Source: a virus | Taxonomy: Duplodnaviria; Caudoviricetes | IMG/VR virus record: IMGVR_UViG_3300023435_000009 | Strand: one strand, 5' to 3' | DNA: 64,000 nt | Position numbers and translations under genes: made by a program | Shown: one piece after another, positions 10,369-20,488 of the stretch | Layout of the letters: every line of letters begins with the position of its first letter | Numbering within the stretch: position 1 is the first letter of the stretch | The notes under the pieces: model-generated | Told to the model about the DNA's origin: nothing | The model's input: only the letters and a program-made list of their open reading frames with translations | The model's database searches: none

Positions 10369-11577
10369 GTGCTTCTAGCTCATGAAATAAGGCTCCGTCC
10401 CTCCCGAACGCAGGAGGAATACTTTCGTCATGCCTGTGGTGTGGCGAGGTTCACGTACAACTGGGCGTTGGAACATTGGAAAAGCGCCTACGAGGCGGGA
10501 GAAAAACCTTCTGGATCTTCTCTCAAGAAACAGTTCAATGCTATCCGTCGTGAGAAGTTTCCCTGGACTTATGAAGTTCACAGGGACTGTACAGCCCAGT
10601 CTTTCACGCAACTCCAAAAGGCGTTCACGCATTTTTTCCATCGTATGAAAGCGGGTCGAAAACCAGGCTACCCCAAGTTTAAAAAACGAGGTGGGTGCAA
10701 GGACTCTTTCTACATAGCTAATGACCGATTCCGATTAGACAACAAACGTATCCACTTACCCAAAATAGGATGGGTCAGGTTGCGTGAAGTCCTACGTTTC
10801 GAGGGTATGATCACCAGTGCTATCGTCAAGCGTGTAGCTGACGCCTGGTTCGTTGTAGTACAGGTCGATGTCGGTGACTATCGACGTGACCGCATTGCCA
10901 ATAGTGAGGTCGGTGTCGATTTGGGTATCAGATCCTCTGCTACACTCTCCACCGGGGAGCATATTCAAGGACCAAAGGCCTTGAAAAAGAACCTGAGGAA
11001 GTTGCAACGGGAGTCCCGTTGGCATTCCCGCAAACAGAAGGGATCAGCAAATCGCCGTAAATCGACAATGAAATTGGCTCGATTGCACCGTCGGATCGGT
11101 TACGTCCGATCCGACTATCTGCACAAACTGAGTACAAGGCTCTGTCGTGAGAACCAAGCGATAGGGATCGAGGATTTGGCTGTACAGAACATGGTTCGTA
11201 ATAGGCGGTTGAGCCGCCACATCGTGGATGAGGGATGGGGGGGGTTTCGACGGCAGATCAATTATAAGGCGGTCATCTTTGATGACGTGGTCGTTGTTCA
11301 TGATCGTTTTTACGCTTCGTCGAAGACCTGTTTTTTGTGTTGTGAAAAGAGGGCTAAGTTAAGCCTATCCGAGCGTACCTTCAAGTGCGCCTGCGGTTGG
11401 GAAATTGACAGAGATGTCAATGCCGCTTTGAACTTACTACCGTGGGTTACACGGGAAGTTACGCTTGTGGAGAAGGAAGCGCTGGTTTTGGCATTAGCTG
11501 AAACGAAACTGCCTTTGATGAAGCAGGAACTAACCCCTACGCCTTTGTGCGTGGGGGAAAGGTATCAGAAGGCCTAG
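10369..11577 (+). CDS. tnpB: TnpB RNA-guided endonuclease (IS200/IS605/IS607 OrfB-type), no adjacent transposase
   Basis: N-terminal HTH_OrfB-like AHEIRLRPS...ACGVARFTYNWAL; RuvC-I VGVDLG, RuvC-II IGIEDL, zinc ribbon CFLC...CACG, RuvC-III DRDVNAALNL. Visibly more AT-rich than the flanking genes. Confidence 0.95.
   Translation: MLLAHEIRLRPSRTQEEYFRHACGVARFTYNWALEHWKSAYEAGEKPSGSSLKKQFNAIRREKFPWTYEVHRDCTAQSFTQLQKAFTHFFHRMKAGRKPGYPKFKKRGGCKDSFYIANDRFRLDNKRIHLPKIGWVRLREVLRFEGMITSAIVKRVADAWFVVVQVDVGDYRRDRIANSEVGVDLGIRSSATLSTGEHIQGPKALKKNLRKLQRESRWHSRKQKGSANRRKSTMKLARLHRRIGYVRSDYLHKLSTRLCRENQAIGIEDLAVQNMVRNRRLSRHIVDEGWGGFRRQINYKAVIFDDVVVVHDRFYASSKTCFLCCEKRAKLSLSERTFKCACGWEIDRDVNAALNLLPWVTREVTLVEKEALVLALAETKLPLMKQELTPTPLCVGERYQKA
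11439..11571 (+). ncRNA. Putative TnpB omegaRNA (reRNA) scaffold overlapping the 3' end of tnpB
   Basis: It lies in the non-conserved tail after RuvC-III, where TnpB guide scaffolds are known to sit. Hairpins GTTTTGGC-ATTA-GCTGAAAC and CCCCTACGC-CTTTGT-GCGTGGGGG are present. The 3' 93 nt are repeated at 22578-22669. Boundaries are approximate. Confidence 0.75.
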
Positions 11578-11804
11578 TGGAGATCCCTAAAGAAATTCAG
11601 GACTTGCTGGACAAACTCGGGGTGGACCCTGGGGCCTGGGGTGAGATGGAAGGGCACGCTGCCACTCCTCCCCTGATGCAGCGTCAGGCTGAAACTCTCG
11701 TCAAGCTCCGCACCTTCCTGGAGACTATGGTGGCCCAGGATCAGGCCGCATTGTCGGGGCTGCATGAACAGTTGGCCCGACTGAAACACGGTGGGGGATC
11801 CTGA
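11577..11804 (+). CDS. Small hypothetical coiled-coil protein (75 aa, GTG start)
   Basis: GTG overlaps the tnpB stop (TAGTG), and its own stop overlaps the next ATG (TGATG). The C-terminal half is heptad-like. Confidence 0.7.
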   Translation: MEIPKEIQDLLDKLGVDPGAWGEMEGHAATPPLMQRQAETLVKLRTFLETMVAQDQAALSGLHEQLARLKHGGGS

Positions 11805-14698
11805 TGGCGAACTCGTGGGGAACACTGACGTTTGAGATCCCGGACTTTCTGGATGACATCCGAAACGCAATCAACAGCGTGGCCGAATGGATGGTTGCGG
11901 TGTTGGACATCGCCCTGCTCGCTCTGAACTTCATCAAGGCGTTTCTGGTTGGCTTCCTCGATCCAATTATTGCATTGGTGCAGGCCCTCATTGATGAGAT
12001 CAACGCTCTTCTCCGGGACTTGAGGCAGTTAGGGTTATACCTGACGGGGGATTGGAACCTCTTGGAGGATCCCGACACGTTGAAGGGCGGCTTCCAGGAG
12101 TATGAGCGGAGGATGATCGCCCGCCTCACGGATAGGACGGATCCGTCACGCCCTGACGTTTCCGCAGCGACCACCGTCCTGTCCATGTTCTTCTATGTGT
12201 CCGTGGACCTGTCCGAGTGGGAGCGGCTTGACCGCACCATCAGGATGTTGCTCGCCTACTTCAAGCAGTTCCCCGCCCTGGCTAGTTCTCATCCTGCCGT
12301 AGCAATCACGGAGGTTCTGTACGGGGCATCCGCAGCGAATTTGATGGACTTCGGAGACATTGGGGCCTTTTTCACGAAGGAGAGTACACCTCCTGCACTG
12401 GCTCTGGTGAAGTGGCGGGTCGACAAAGCCTTCAAGGGTGATGCGTTTTTGCCCCCGATCTCCATTCCTCCAGGCGGCTTCATCGTTACGGTGTCCACGG
12501 TGCCCGAGGGCATCCCCATCGTGTATGACCGTCCTCAGGGGGACCAGGATAAGAAGAAGGTGCCGGGCACATCCACGTTGGCGCAGCCCCGAGAGTATGG
12601 GCCGGTGCTGATGTCCGATGGTCGTCCCCTCATTCTGTACGGTGGGGGGGAGATGATCTATCCGGTCCCTGCCTCTATGACTTACAACTGGGGGATCAAA
12701 GACGGGGCGTTGGTTGATGGGGCAACCCGAGTTTATGGTCTGCTGGGATCGGGGAGGACACCAATCCCAATCGACCTCCTGAAGAACGGGGACGACTACT
12801 ATCTCCAGCGGACCTTCTGGGTGTCCCCCAAGGCCGTTGGAGGGGCCTTTGCTACCGGGGAGTACTCCATCCTTCTGAAGGGTGAGGAAATGCCACGTGC
12901 AGCCCATGTCGTAGCCGACTCGGGTGGGGAACTTCAGTTCGTGGATGATGGCCCTGCTGCGACCCTTTACGTCCGGGTGGCGACCTGTTCCAAGGCCGTG
13001 GCCAACTCCGGGGCCTTCCGATATCAGTTTCAGGAGGGGACGAAGAGCATCACGGGGCAACCCATTCAGGTGGGGGTCAGTTCTGATGGGGTGGAGGAGG
13101 GCAAATCTCCCACGGATATCGGATCCTTCAGCAATCCCCAGCAGATCGTGTTTGCGAACACCAACACCAAGGAGTACCTGGATGCTCTGCGGGTGGCCCT
13201 CCTGGTGCTTGTGTTGGTGCGCCCCGACCTACAGCCGCTGGATGAGATTGAGGGGACGGTGTCTACCGAGACCTTCGAAAACCTCAAGTCCAGCAAAGTC
13301 ATCACCGAGGGGTTGGCCCTCGGCTACTGCGGGTTGGAGTCAGTTCAGCATCTGACGGGTGTGGTCTATGACCAGAAACTGTCCTACGCTGATGCCATGA
13401 AGGTGTCGGACGCTACCGTGTTGACTTTCCGTCAGGATCTCATTGCTCGGATCAACCTGGCAGCCCATGACATCTACAGCAAGACTGGCCCAATGCCCGA
13501 CGTTGAGGCTACCGTAGTCAGTGGAACCAAGTTCCTCCGCACGGCAACGTGGGGGGACATCCTAGATGCAGTTCATCCTGAGGTGACATCTGATGGGAAA
13601 CCTAGCGGCTGGGCTGCTTTCCTGGATCTGACACTGTGGGAGTCTCTGGAGAGTTCCGATCCGAAGATTGGTGTTGCTCGGAACCCTCTGTCCGTTCTTG
13701 GGGGGCTTGAGGATGTGGCACGGAGTCTGATGGGTAACCCCGATGTTACCCTGGATCGGGATCCCCACATGCAGGACGGGCTGGTAGATGCAAACGCTGG
13801 GAAGTGGGACAATTACAAATTCATGGAGATGGCTTTCGGGTCCAAGGAGGAACTCCAGACCTTCTTGAAGGAGTGCCCACCAGGGCTGCGGAGCATTTAC
13901 GAGCAGTGTGTCGTGCAACCTGACAATAAGGACATTGCCGTACCCGACGATTGGTTCCACCGGGTGGATACATCAGACATGGCTGAGAGGCACGTAGGTT
14001 CAGCGGATCTTTCCCCTGTGTTCTTTTATGGTCCCCCTATCCCCGACAAGATGATGTACTGTCGAGGGTTGTTCGTCAAATCAGATCTCGTGACGGCACA
14101 GGATGCCAGCAAGGGAAGAATCCTCCAACAGGCATCTCTTGCCCTGCGTGTGGCGGGGGCGGCAATTCGCAGACCCCTGTCCGATGGGGAGTGGCTGTTC
14201 GTTCGGTGGTTTGACACGATGCCCGGTTTGGAAGACTTCCTGGCTTCCCTGGCAAACTGGATGGAGGCAATCAGGGCATCCCTTCAGTCCATTATAGATA
14301 CGATCCGAAAGTACATCGAGTACCTTGAGGCCCGAATCGTGGACCTACAGCAGTTGATCCGGCGGATCAATGCACTGCTTCAGTCTATCCTGGGTTTCAC
14401 CTTCCAGATCCCCTCATGTTCCGTGTTGACGATGGTGTCCAATGGGACGGGCGGGGTTTTGTCTGACCTGATCACGGCGGACAACAAACCCAGCGACACG
14501 CCGTTGGCCTACGGGGGTGGTGTCGCAGTGGTGATTCCTCTGTTCCCCAGTTTCGTCCTGTTAGATTTGTTGTTGGCCTTTTGGCACCCCAAATCAGGGA
14601 AGCCAGATGGTCCCATGGGTGAGGATCCGACAACCGTGGAGGGGATCAACGGTGTTCCTGTTGTCCCATCAGATCCTGTTGTTCCTGATGTTTTGTAG
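11804..14698 (+). CDS. Putative virion protein with amphipathic/hydrophobic helical N- and C-termini (964 aa)
   Basis: Long coupled ORF. N-terminal WMVAVLDIALLALNFIKAFLVGFLDPIIALVQ and C-terminal heptad-rich LANWMEAIRASLQSIIDTIRKYIEYLEARI segments. Confidence 0.7.
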   Translation: MANSWGTLTFEIPDFLDDIRNAINSVAEWMVAVLDIALLALNFIKAFLVGFLDPIIALVQALIDEINALLRDLRQLGLYLTGDWNLLEDPDTLKGGFQEYERRMIARLTDRTDPSRPDVSAATTVLSMFFYVSVDLSEWERLDRTIRMLLAYFKQFPALASSHPAVAITEVLYGASAANLMDFGDIGAFFTKESTPPALALVKWRVDKAFKGDAFLPPISIPPGGFIVTVSTVPEGIPIVYDRPQGDQDKKKVPGTSTLAQPREYGPVLMSDGRPLILYGGGEMIYPVPASMTYNWGIKDGALVDGATRVYGLLGSGRTPIPIDLLKNGDDYYLQRTFWVSPKAVGGAFATGEYSILLKGEEMPRAAHVVADSGGELQFVDDGPAATLYVRVATCSKAVANSGAFRYQFQEGTKSITGQPIQVGVSSDGVEEGKSPTDIGSFSNPQQIVFANTNTKEYLDALRVALLVLVLVRPDLQPLDEIEGTVSTETFENLKSSKVITEGLALGYCGLESVQHLTGVVYDQKLSYADAMKVSDATVLTFRQDLIARINLAAHDIYSKTGPMPDVEATVVSGTKFLRTATWGDILDAVHPEVTSDGKPSGWAAFLDLTLWESLESSDPKIGVARNPLSVLGGLEDVARSLMGNPDVTLDRDPHMQDGLVDANAGKWDNYKFMEMAFGSKEELQTFLKECPPGLRSIYEQCVVQPDNKDIAVPDDWFHRVDTSDMAERHVGSADLSPVFFYGPPIPDKMMYCRGLFVKSDLVTAQDASKGRILQQASLALRVAGAAIRRPLSDGEWLFVRWFDTMPGLEDFLASLANWMEAIRASLQSIIDTIRKYIEYLEARIVDLQQLIRRINALLQSILGFTFQIPSCSVLTMVSNGTGGVLSDLITADNKPSDTPLAYGGGVAVVIPLFPSFVLLDLLLAFWHPKSGKPDGPMGEDPTTVEGINGVPVVPSDPVVPDVL

Positions 14699-14707
14699 GA
14701 GATAATC

Positions 14708-15589
14708 ATGCCCAGCTTTTCCAAGTTGTGTGTGTGGCCGCTCGGGTATTTCCGAGCTTACTCAAGCTGGTTGCTTAAAAACCGCCGCACTGTGTCACAG
14801 CGGATCAATGTCATCAATGCCGAGGTTGAACGGATCGGGGTGGTCAAAGTCACATACAGGGCCGTGGAAGCAAACGGAGAGGTTCGTCGGACGGAGGAAC
14901 GGACTGGCCTCTATGTGACTCCCGGCTCGGCCTTGGGCAAATTGTTTCGAGCCTACGTTGCTCAGGGGGGTGATCCTCTTAGCATCTCGCCCTTTACTTA
15001 TCCTGAGACCAATGACATGACGCAGGGGAATTCCGAGCAGGATGCGGTGGTGCAGGAGGAATACCCCTTTGGCGGAGTCGTAGCCCCTCAATCGGCAGCC
15101 CCCAACGATCCGATTTCCTCTGATCAATCCCCTGGTTGGGGTGGTCATCCCGGAGGTTATCTCCAGTCAGATGCCTACTACCCGGCTCGCCAAGGTGGCC
15201 GGATCGACCCCGGTTCTTATGACCATGAGGGGGTCGTGAAATCGATGCGGCAGATGCGGGAGTGGGCTAATCAAGATTTGAAGGAACGCCAGGATCTGGA
15301 GTGGCGGATTGTCAAGCTCTGTGACCTCAGAGAGCAGCTTGTGAAGGAGCGGGACGAGGTGCTCGTTCAGGCCTTCGGTGGTGCTCTGGGTGGGGTGGGG
15401 CCGTTCGACCCGACCCGGTTTGACGAGACGTTGATGGTGCAAAACGTCATTCAGGACATGTATCAGATTCTGTACCAGTCAGATGAGACGGGGCGGGTCA
15501 CTTTTGAACCCAGCGACGAAATGCCCTTTCTCCAGTTCACCTTCCCGAATGAAGCGTCAGAGGTGGGGAGGGACATGTTGGGTTGTTAG
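14708..15589 (+). CDS. Hypothetical protein (293 aa), probably virion-associated
   Basis: SD (TAGGAG) upstream of the ATG; operon position just before the baseplate genes. Confidence 0.75.
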   Translation: MPSFSKLCVWPLGYFRAYSSWLLKNRRTVSQRINVINAEVERIGVVKVTYRAVEANGEVRRTEERTGLYVTPGSALGKLFRAYVAQGGDPLSISPFTYPETNDMTQGNSEQDAVVQEEYPFGGVVAPQSAAPNDPISSDQSPGWGGHPGGYLQSDAYYPARQGGRIDPGSYDHEGVVKSMRQMREWANQDLKERQDLEWRIVKLCDLREQLVKERDEVLVQAFGGALGGVGPFDPTRFDETLMVQNVIQDMYQILYQSDETGRVTFEPSDEMPFLQFTFPNEASEVGRDMLGC

Positions 15590-15590
15590 G

Positions 15591-15612
15591 CGGTGTTTCC
15601 TCTATATTTTAG
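15591..15612 (+). promoter_or_regulatory. Candidate phage promoter motif CGGT-N4-CCTCTAT(A)TTTTAG
   Basis: CGGTGTTTCCTCTATATTTTAG lies in one of the few intergenic gaps; a near copy is at 31792-31811. Confidence 0.45.
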
Positions 15613-15639
15613 ATCCTGTGGCACCTTGATGGAGAGAGC

Positions 15640-16791
15640 ATGTCCCAAGATTTCCAACTGGCCTGGCCTTGTCCGCATCTGACTGTAGAGGAGTACATTC
15701 CTCTTGGACCGGATCGGAGATCTTTGGCCACCAAGCAGCCTGTGGCTAACACAGGCACCATCAGGATCCTTGCCAACGACGAGTTCTACATCCCCAACTC
15801 AGGGATGTTTTCACAAGCCGAGTTGATGAGTGCTGTGTCCGGTCCTTATGACATCATCCCCGGTGAGAACAGTTTCACGGTAGAGACCTCGGCGGGTTCC
15901 CAGACGTTCGTTTTTGCTGTTCAGGCAGTGACAAGGTATACGGCGAAACAAGTTGAGGCGTTGTTCCAGAAGGTTAGCACCGGAACCGTCCTCATTGGGA
16001 CAAGCAACAGCCACCTTTCCTTCACGGACACTGCTGCGATTGGGGATGCCTCCTACGTGGCCGTCAGCGGGACCGCTGCAGGCGCTTTGGGGTTCGGGGC
16101 GGCGGGGGTCAACTCCTACCAGCGGCGGGCCATAGGACGGCGTTTGTTTCCCTCCTGGAACATTTACACACCAGGCGGAGCAATCACGGCCAGGTACCCC
16201 CGGTTCACGTCACCTATCACAATGGGTGACCCCGTGTTTAAGGTGACGTATTCGATGCCGGGTAACCGCTGCCTCAGGTGTGGCGCTACCTATGTCGAGA
16301 ACGACATCCGGTTCGCAGCCAGCGGTCAAAGCCTGATGGTGGCTAATGAGGATCTGCTCTATCAAGCGGCCCTCAAGATTCTACTGACGGACAAGGGTTC
16401 TAATCCCTACCATCCCTGGTACGGAACGGACCTTCGTTCTCGGATTGGTTCGAAGACCGTTTCCGGTGTGGCGACCTTGATTAATGAGGACGTGCGGAAA
16501 GCGTTGGCCAAGTATCAGTCCCTCCAGACGGAGCAGGCCAAGTTCCAGCAGGTCACCTACAAGGAACGTCTCTACTCCGTGACCAATGTGACGGTCTCTC
16601 CGCACACGCAGGACCAGACCACCTTCATGATCGACGTGACAGTTCAGAACGCTTCTTCTGACCCAATCCATCTGAACATCGTCTACACGGTGCCTGGAGT
16701 GGTGGCTCTGATGGGATCCAACGGGTTAATGTTAGGGGCAAAGACCGCAGGACTTGAGAACCAGCCCAACCCGTTTTCAGGAGGCAACTGA
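15640..16791 (+). CDS. Baseplate wedge protein with C-terminal gp25/GpW-like domain
   Basis: C-terminal EDLLYQAALKILLTDKGSNPYHPWYGTDLRSRIG...LYSVTNVTV...FMIDVTVQN matches the gp25-like pattern. It lies directly upstream of the baseplate J-like gene. Confidence 0.8.
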   Translation: MSQDFQLAWPCPHLTVEEYIPLGPDRRSLATKQPVANTGTIRILANDEFYIPNSGMFSQAELMSAVSGPYDIIPGENSFTVETSAGSQTFVFAVQAVTRYTAKQVEALFQKVSTGTVLIGTSNSHLSFTDTAAIGDASYVAVSGTAAGALGFGAAGVNSYQRRAIGRRLFPSWNIYTPGGAITARYPRFTSPITMGDPVFKVTYSMPGNRCLRCGATYVENDIRFAASGQSLMVANEDLLYQAALKILLTDKGSNPYHPWYGTDLRSRIGSKTVSGVATLINEDVRKALAKYQSLQTEQAKFQQVTYKERLYSVTNVTVSPHTQDQTTFMIDVTVQNASSDPIHLNIVYTVPGVVALMGSNGLMLGAKTAGLENQPNPFSGGN

Positions 16792-19700
16792 TGGCGACAA
16801 CTCCCAAGTTCCTGGCCCCCGATGGGCAGTATCGGGAGAACTACGTTTTCACCACAGACGTCTCCTACCGCTTCTTCTCGGGGCAGATGGATGCGGACAC
16901 GGCGGACATGCAGGTTTCGCTTCGGGGCGGGGCCTTTTCGTCTAATCCTGATTACATCCAGTTCGAAGGTACGACCTTCACGATCCCGAATCCTTCAGCC
17001 TTCCCGGACGGACTCCAGCTTCTTCAGGGTGCCAACGTCATCGATGTCAAATCGGTATTGACGACGGGAGAGACGACAGCGGCGGGTGTCATTCGGGCGA
17101 ACCTGGCGGTTGACCGGGATGTGAAGGCTGAGGTGCTGGCTCCTTCCGGGATTTTCATCGAGCGTTTGGACCGCACAGTAAAGATCACGGTCACGGGTTT
17201 GGAGGACGAGGAGGTGACGGGGTACAACTTCTACGCCTCCGCCTTTCCCGGAGGCGGGATCACCGGGTACAAGAGGGTCAGCATCCAGCCTGTCATCTCC
17301 TATGACACAGAGGAGGTCTTGTCTCTTATCGGCATCCTAGACGTGGACATGGATGTGCCTCTGAACGATGATGGCACACCCCTAGCCAATCCTCTGCTTT
17401 TCCGCACCATGGGGATGCAGGTGAATCTTGCGGGCGACATCCTCCAGTCGGACTTTGACGAGAGTATTCGGATACCGGACAGCACGACCCATTTCCGCAC
17501 CTCTGTTGGGATAGACTCAGTTTCTCTCGTGAAGAAGTTCTCCTTCACACACAATCGAGCGGCACTGCCTACGGATGCGAAAAATCCAGCGGTTCCATAC
17601 AATGACTTCCAGGCCCTCCCCGATGAGGATCCCCTGTACTATGCGGTCACTGCCATCTACCTCATCGATGGTGTGGAGTACGAATCTCAGGTGTCCCAGG
17701 AGGTTGCGGGGGCACCTCTCATCGTGACCCCCCAGGTAGCGAACCTCCCGGCTGTTTCCCGGCAGCAGGTCGTGCGAGACACCACACTGGCGATCTTCCG
17801 GTCCCACCCCGAAGTGGACGTGAAGCCCGGCTCTTACCTCAGGGACACCTTCATCGACCCCTTCTCTACGGAGGCGGAACGTATCCGTTTCATCGTGGGG
17901 TTCCTCCAGGCGGGGCAGAGCTTCACCACGCTGCTGGCTATCGATGACCCCACTGGGTCGGGTACGTCGCTACCTGTGACACAGAGTCCGTACAAGATTG
18001 CCCTCAAGCAGGCGTTCTACCTGCAAGACACGGCATCGGTACAGAACCTGGTGGACAATGCTTTCGACCATCTGGCAGCCAGGCGAGGGGTTCAGCGGCG
18101 GGCTGGGTACCGTGCCCATGGTGAGGTGCTCTTCTATGTGACCAACCGACCGACCTCTACCCGCTTTATCCCGATTGGGACGATTGTGACGAGCGGTTCA
18201 GTGAGGTTCCGCACTACGTCCGCAGCCCGTATCTCACCCACAGGGACAGGGACGACCTACAGTCCTGCCACCGGACGCTGGACGACCCGAGCCTACGTCC
18301 AGGCGCTGGAGGCGGGGGAAGCAGGGAACCTGACGAGAGATCAGATCCGCACCGTTCAGAATGGCCCCACCGATGTACAGGTCACGAACCCGAACAACAC
18401 CTTCGGTGGTCGAAACACGGAGTCCAACTACGCCCTTGCGATTCGTGCAGACGGCGTATTGGCTTCGGTGGATTCGGGGACGTACAGGGGTCTCACTCAG
18501 GATGCCTCGGATGTGCCTGGGGTGCGTCAGGTGAACGTGGTAGAGGCAGGGCACACCCTCATGATGAGGGACTTGGATGTCACAACAGGCAGGCACTGGG
18601 GCGGCAAGGTGGATGTGTGGACCCGTGGAGACAGTAGTGCCACGCTCACCGACTCCTTTGCCTTCTCGTTCGAGTCGGTAATCGACGGACAGTTCGAGGC
18701 AGTGGGGGACATCGGAAACCTCAAGTTCCGGGCGATCAACTCCCGTGTGACCGAGGACTTCCCCATCATTGAGATGCTCAACATCCCTGACTGGGAGTTG
18801 GAGTTCAGGGACGAAACGAAGGGGACTGTGCTGGACCTGAGGGACGCTGAGATCATCCGACCGGATGGGTTGCAGCTTTCCGCCACCTACAATGATCCGA
18901 CGCTGTTGCACTATCTGGACGTGTTCCGAGGCTCCTACCGCTTCCGCACGAGTAACAAGTTCGTGTTCAGCCGTCAGCCCGTGGGCGAGATCAACTCCTT
19001 CTACAAGCTGCTGGCCTCGGGTGACAAGAGCGTCGTCAGCACCTCGGCATACAAGCTATTCCATCCAGGCGACCCAATGGTGCTGGGACGGTCCACAGAG
19101 GCTGGGGACTACATCCAGGTGGTGGAGCCTCTGGACGGGACACCTCCTGTGAACATTCCCTCCGGTGACCCCATCGTGATCACGGGGGAGAGTCACGTAC
19201 TCCTCTCCGGGCCTGAGTATCTGGAGAACCTCGGGATTAACCCATACACGGTCCACGTCTACAACTTTGACCGTTCCATCGAGTACAACGGTCCCTTCCA
19301 CTCTTCCTCAGTCAAGGATTACACCCTGGTAGAGGAGGTGGATGAGACTCCCGTTGCCTTTGTCCCGGTTACGGGCGGGCGGTTGTTGGAAGGGATGCAA
19401 GTCATCGTTGACTATCAGCACGACGAAAACTACTCGGTGGAGTACATGATCAACGCCGTGGTTCAGGCCGTGCAGAACGCAGTGGACCTGAGCAGGCACG
19501 CCACCGCTGACGTGGTGTCCAAGGAGTCCATCCCGGCGGGTGTGAATATTTCCGGGACGGTTGTCATCCTCAGGAACCAGCAGTCCTCGGTGGTGGACGG
19601 CAACATCCGCACAGAGTTGGGTCGAGTGTTCGGGGCAATGACCCTGGCCCAGCCTCTCCGTCAGAGCGACGTCATCAGTGCAATCGAAACGGTGCAGGGA

Positions 19701-20258
19701 GTGTCCTACGCTGTAGTTCCTCTGACCCATCTGGCCAGGCAGGACGGTTCTACTGTGGTGCGGGAAGAGGTTGTGACCTCGCAGGGAGGCACAGATTGGG
19801 TAGACATTTCCTCCGTTTCAACTCACGCCTGGCATGACGATGCTGTGACGATCTACTTGGTCACCAACCCCCTGTACAGTAACACCACGGATGGGGGCGG
19901 CGACTACAACGAATTCCGAGGCGTTTTCATTGACGACGTTCCCCAGACCCTCTTTGACGTTGTGCCTCAATTCGACGGGGCACCGCTTAAGGGCGTGGCC
20001 AACGGGGCGTGCATCATCGGTGACGATGGGATGAGCATCCCAGGGTACCTTGGGGCCACGGCCAACAGGATCTTGCTGGCACTCCCTACGGGGGTGAATC
20101 CTTCGGACGGTACCTTGAAGGTGACCTACATTGCCATGGACGACAGCGGGGTGAAGAACATCGAACCGGGGCCTGCGGAGTATCTGGTGTTGGGTGACCT
20201 GGAGTTTACCTATGATGAGGACCGGGACTTCTCGGCTCTGGTGACAGGGCGGAGCTAA
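16791..20258 (+). CDS. Baseplate J-like wedge subunit (1155 aa)
   Basis: Motifs DVKPGSYLRDTFIDP, IPIGTIVTSGSVRFRTT, VQALEAGEAGN, VTNPNNTFGGRNTESNYALAIR and DVPGVRQVNV are typical of Baseplate_J/gp6-like proteins. Confidence 0.85.
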   Translation: MATTPKFLAPDGQYRENYVFTTDVSYRFFSGQMDADTADMQVSLRGGAFSSNPDYIQFEGTTFTIPNPSAFPDGLQLLQGANVIDVKSVLTTGETTAAGVIRANLAVDRDVKAEVLAPSGIFIERLDRTVKITVTGLEDEEVTGYNFYASAFPGGGITGYKRVSIQPVISYDTEEVLSLIGILDVDMDVPLNDDGTPLANPLLFRTMGMQVNLAGDILQSDFDESIRIPDSTTHFRTSVGIDSVSLVKKFSFTHNRAALPTDAKNPAVPYNDFQALPDEDPLYYAVTAIYLIDGVEYESQVSQEVAGAPLIVTPQVANLPAVSRQQVVRDTTLAIFRSHPEVDVKPGSYLRDTFIDPFSTEAERIRFIVGFLQAGQSFTTLLAIDDPTGSGTSLPVTQSPYKIALKQAFYLQDTASVQNLVDNAFDHLAARRGVQRRAGYRAHGEVLFYVTNRPTSTRFIPIGTIVTSGSVRFRTTSAARISPTGTGTTYSPATGRWTTRAYVQALEAGEAGNLTRDQIRTVQNGPTDVQVTNPNNTFGGRNTESNYALAIRADGVLASVDSGTYRGLTQDASDVPGVRQVNVVEAGHTLMMRDLDVTTGRHWGGKVDVWTRGDSSATLTDSFAFSFESVIDGQFEAVGDIGNLKFRAINSRVTEDFPIIEMLNIPDWELEFRDETKGTVLDLRDAEIIRPDGLQLSATYNDPTLLHYLDVFRGSYRFRTSNKFVFSRQPVGEINSFYKLLASGDKSVVSTSAYKLFHPGDPMVLGRSTEAGDYIQVVEPLDGTPPVNIPSGDPIVITGESHVLLSGPEYLENLGINPYTVHVYNFDRSIEYNGPFHSSSVKDYTLVEEVDETPVAFVPVTGGRLLEGMQVIVDYQHDENYSVEYMINAVVQAVQNAVDLSRHATADVVSKESIPAGVNISGTVVILRNQQSSVVDGNIRTELGRVFGAMTLAQPLRQSDVISAIETVQGVSYAVVPLTHLARQDGSTVVREEVVTSQGGTDWVDISSVSTHAWHDDAVTIYLVTNPLYSNTTDGGGDYNEFRGVFIDDVPQTLFDVVPQFDGAPLKGVANGACIIGDDGMSIPGYLGATANRILLALPTGVNPSDGTLKVTYIAMDDSGVKNIEPGPAEYLVLGDLEFTYDEDRDFSALVTGRS

Positions 20259-20488
20259 TGACAATCATCACCGTCAGATGGCGGGAAGGTGGCGAACGCA
20301 TGGAGAAGGCCGTGGAGAGGCTGCCCTGGACGGGTCACATCCTGGACGAGGTGATCTTTCACCGACCCCCCACCGTTTTGGAGTTGGCTGCCTTGACGCA
20401 GCATCTCAGGGGGCCGAGGACCCGTTGGAAGATGCTGACGGATAAGGGGTGGCGTGGGGGCTCAATCTGGGGGGCACGGGATGGCTGA
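20258..20488 (+). CDS. Small hypothetical protein (76 aa)
   Basis: Translationally coupled on both sides (TAATG upstream; overlaps the ATG at 20481). Confidence 0.55.
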   Translation: MTIITVRWREGGERMEKAVERLPWTGHILDEVIFHRPPTVLELAALTQHLRGPRTRWKMLTDKGWRGGSIWGARDG

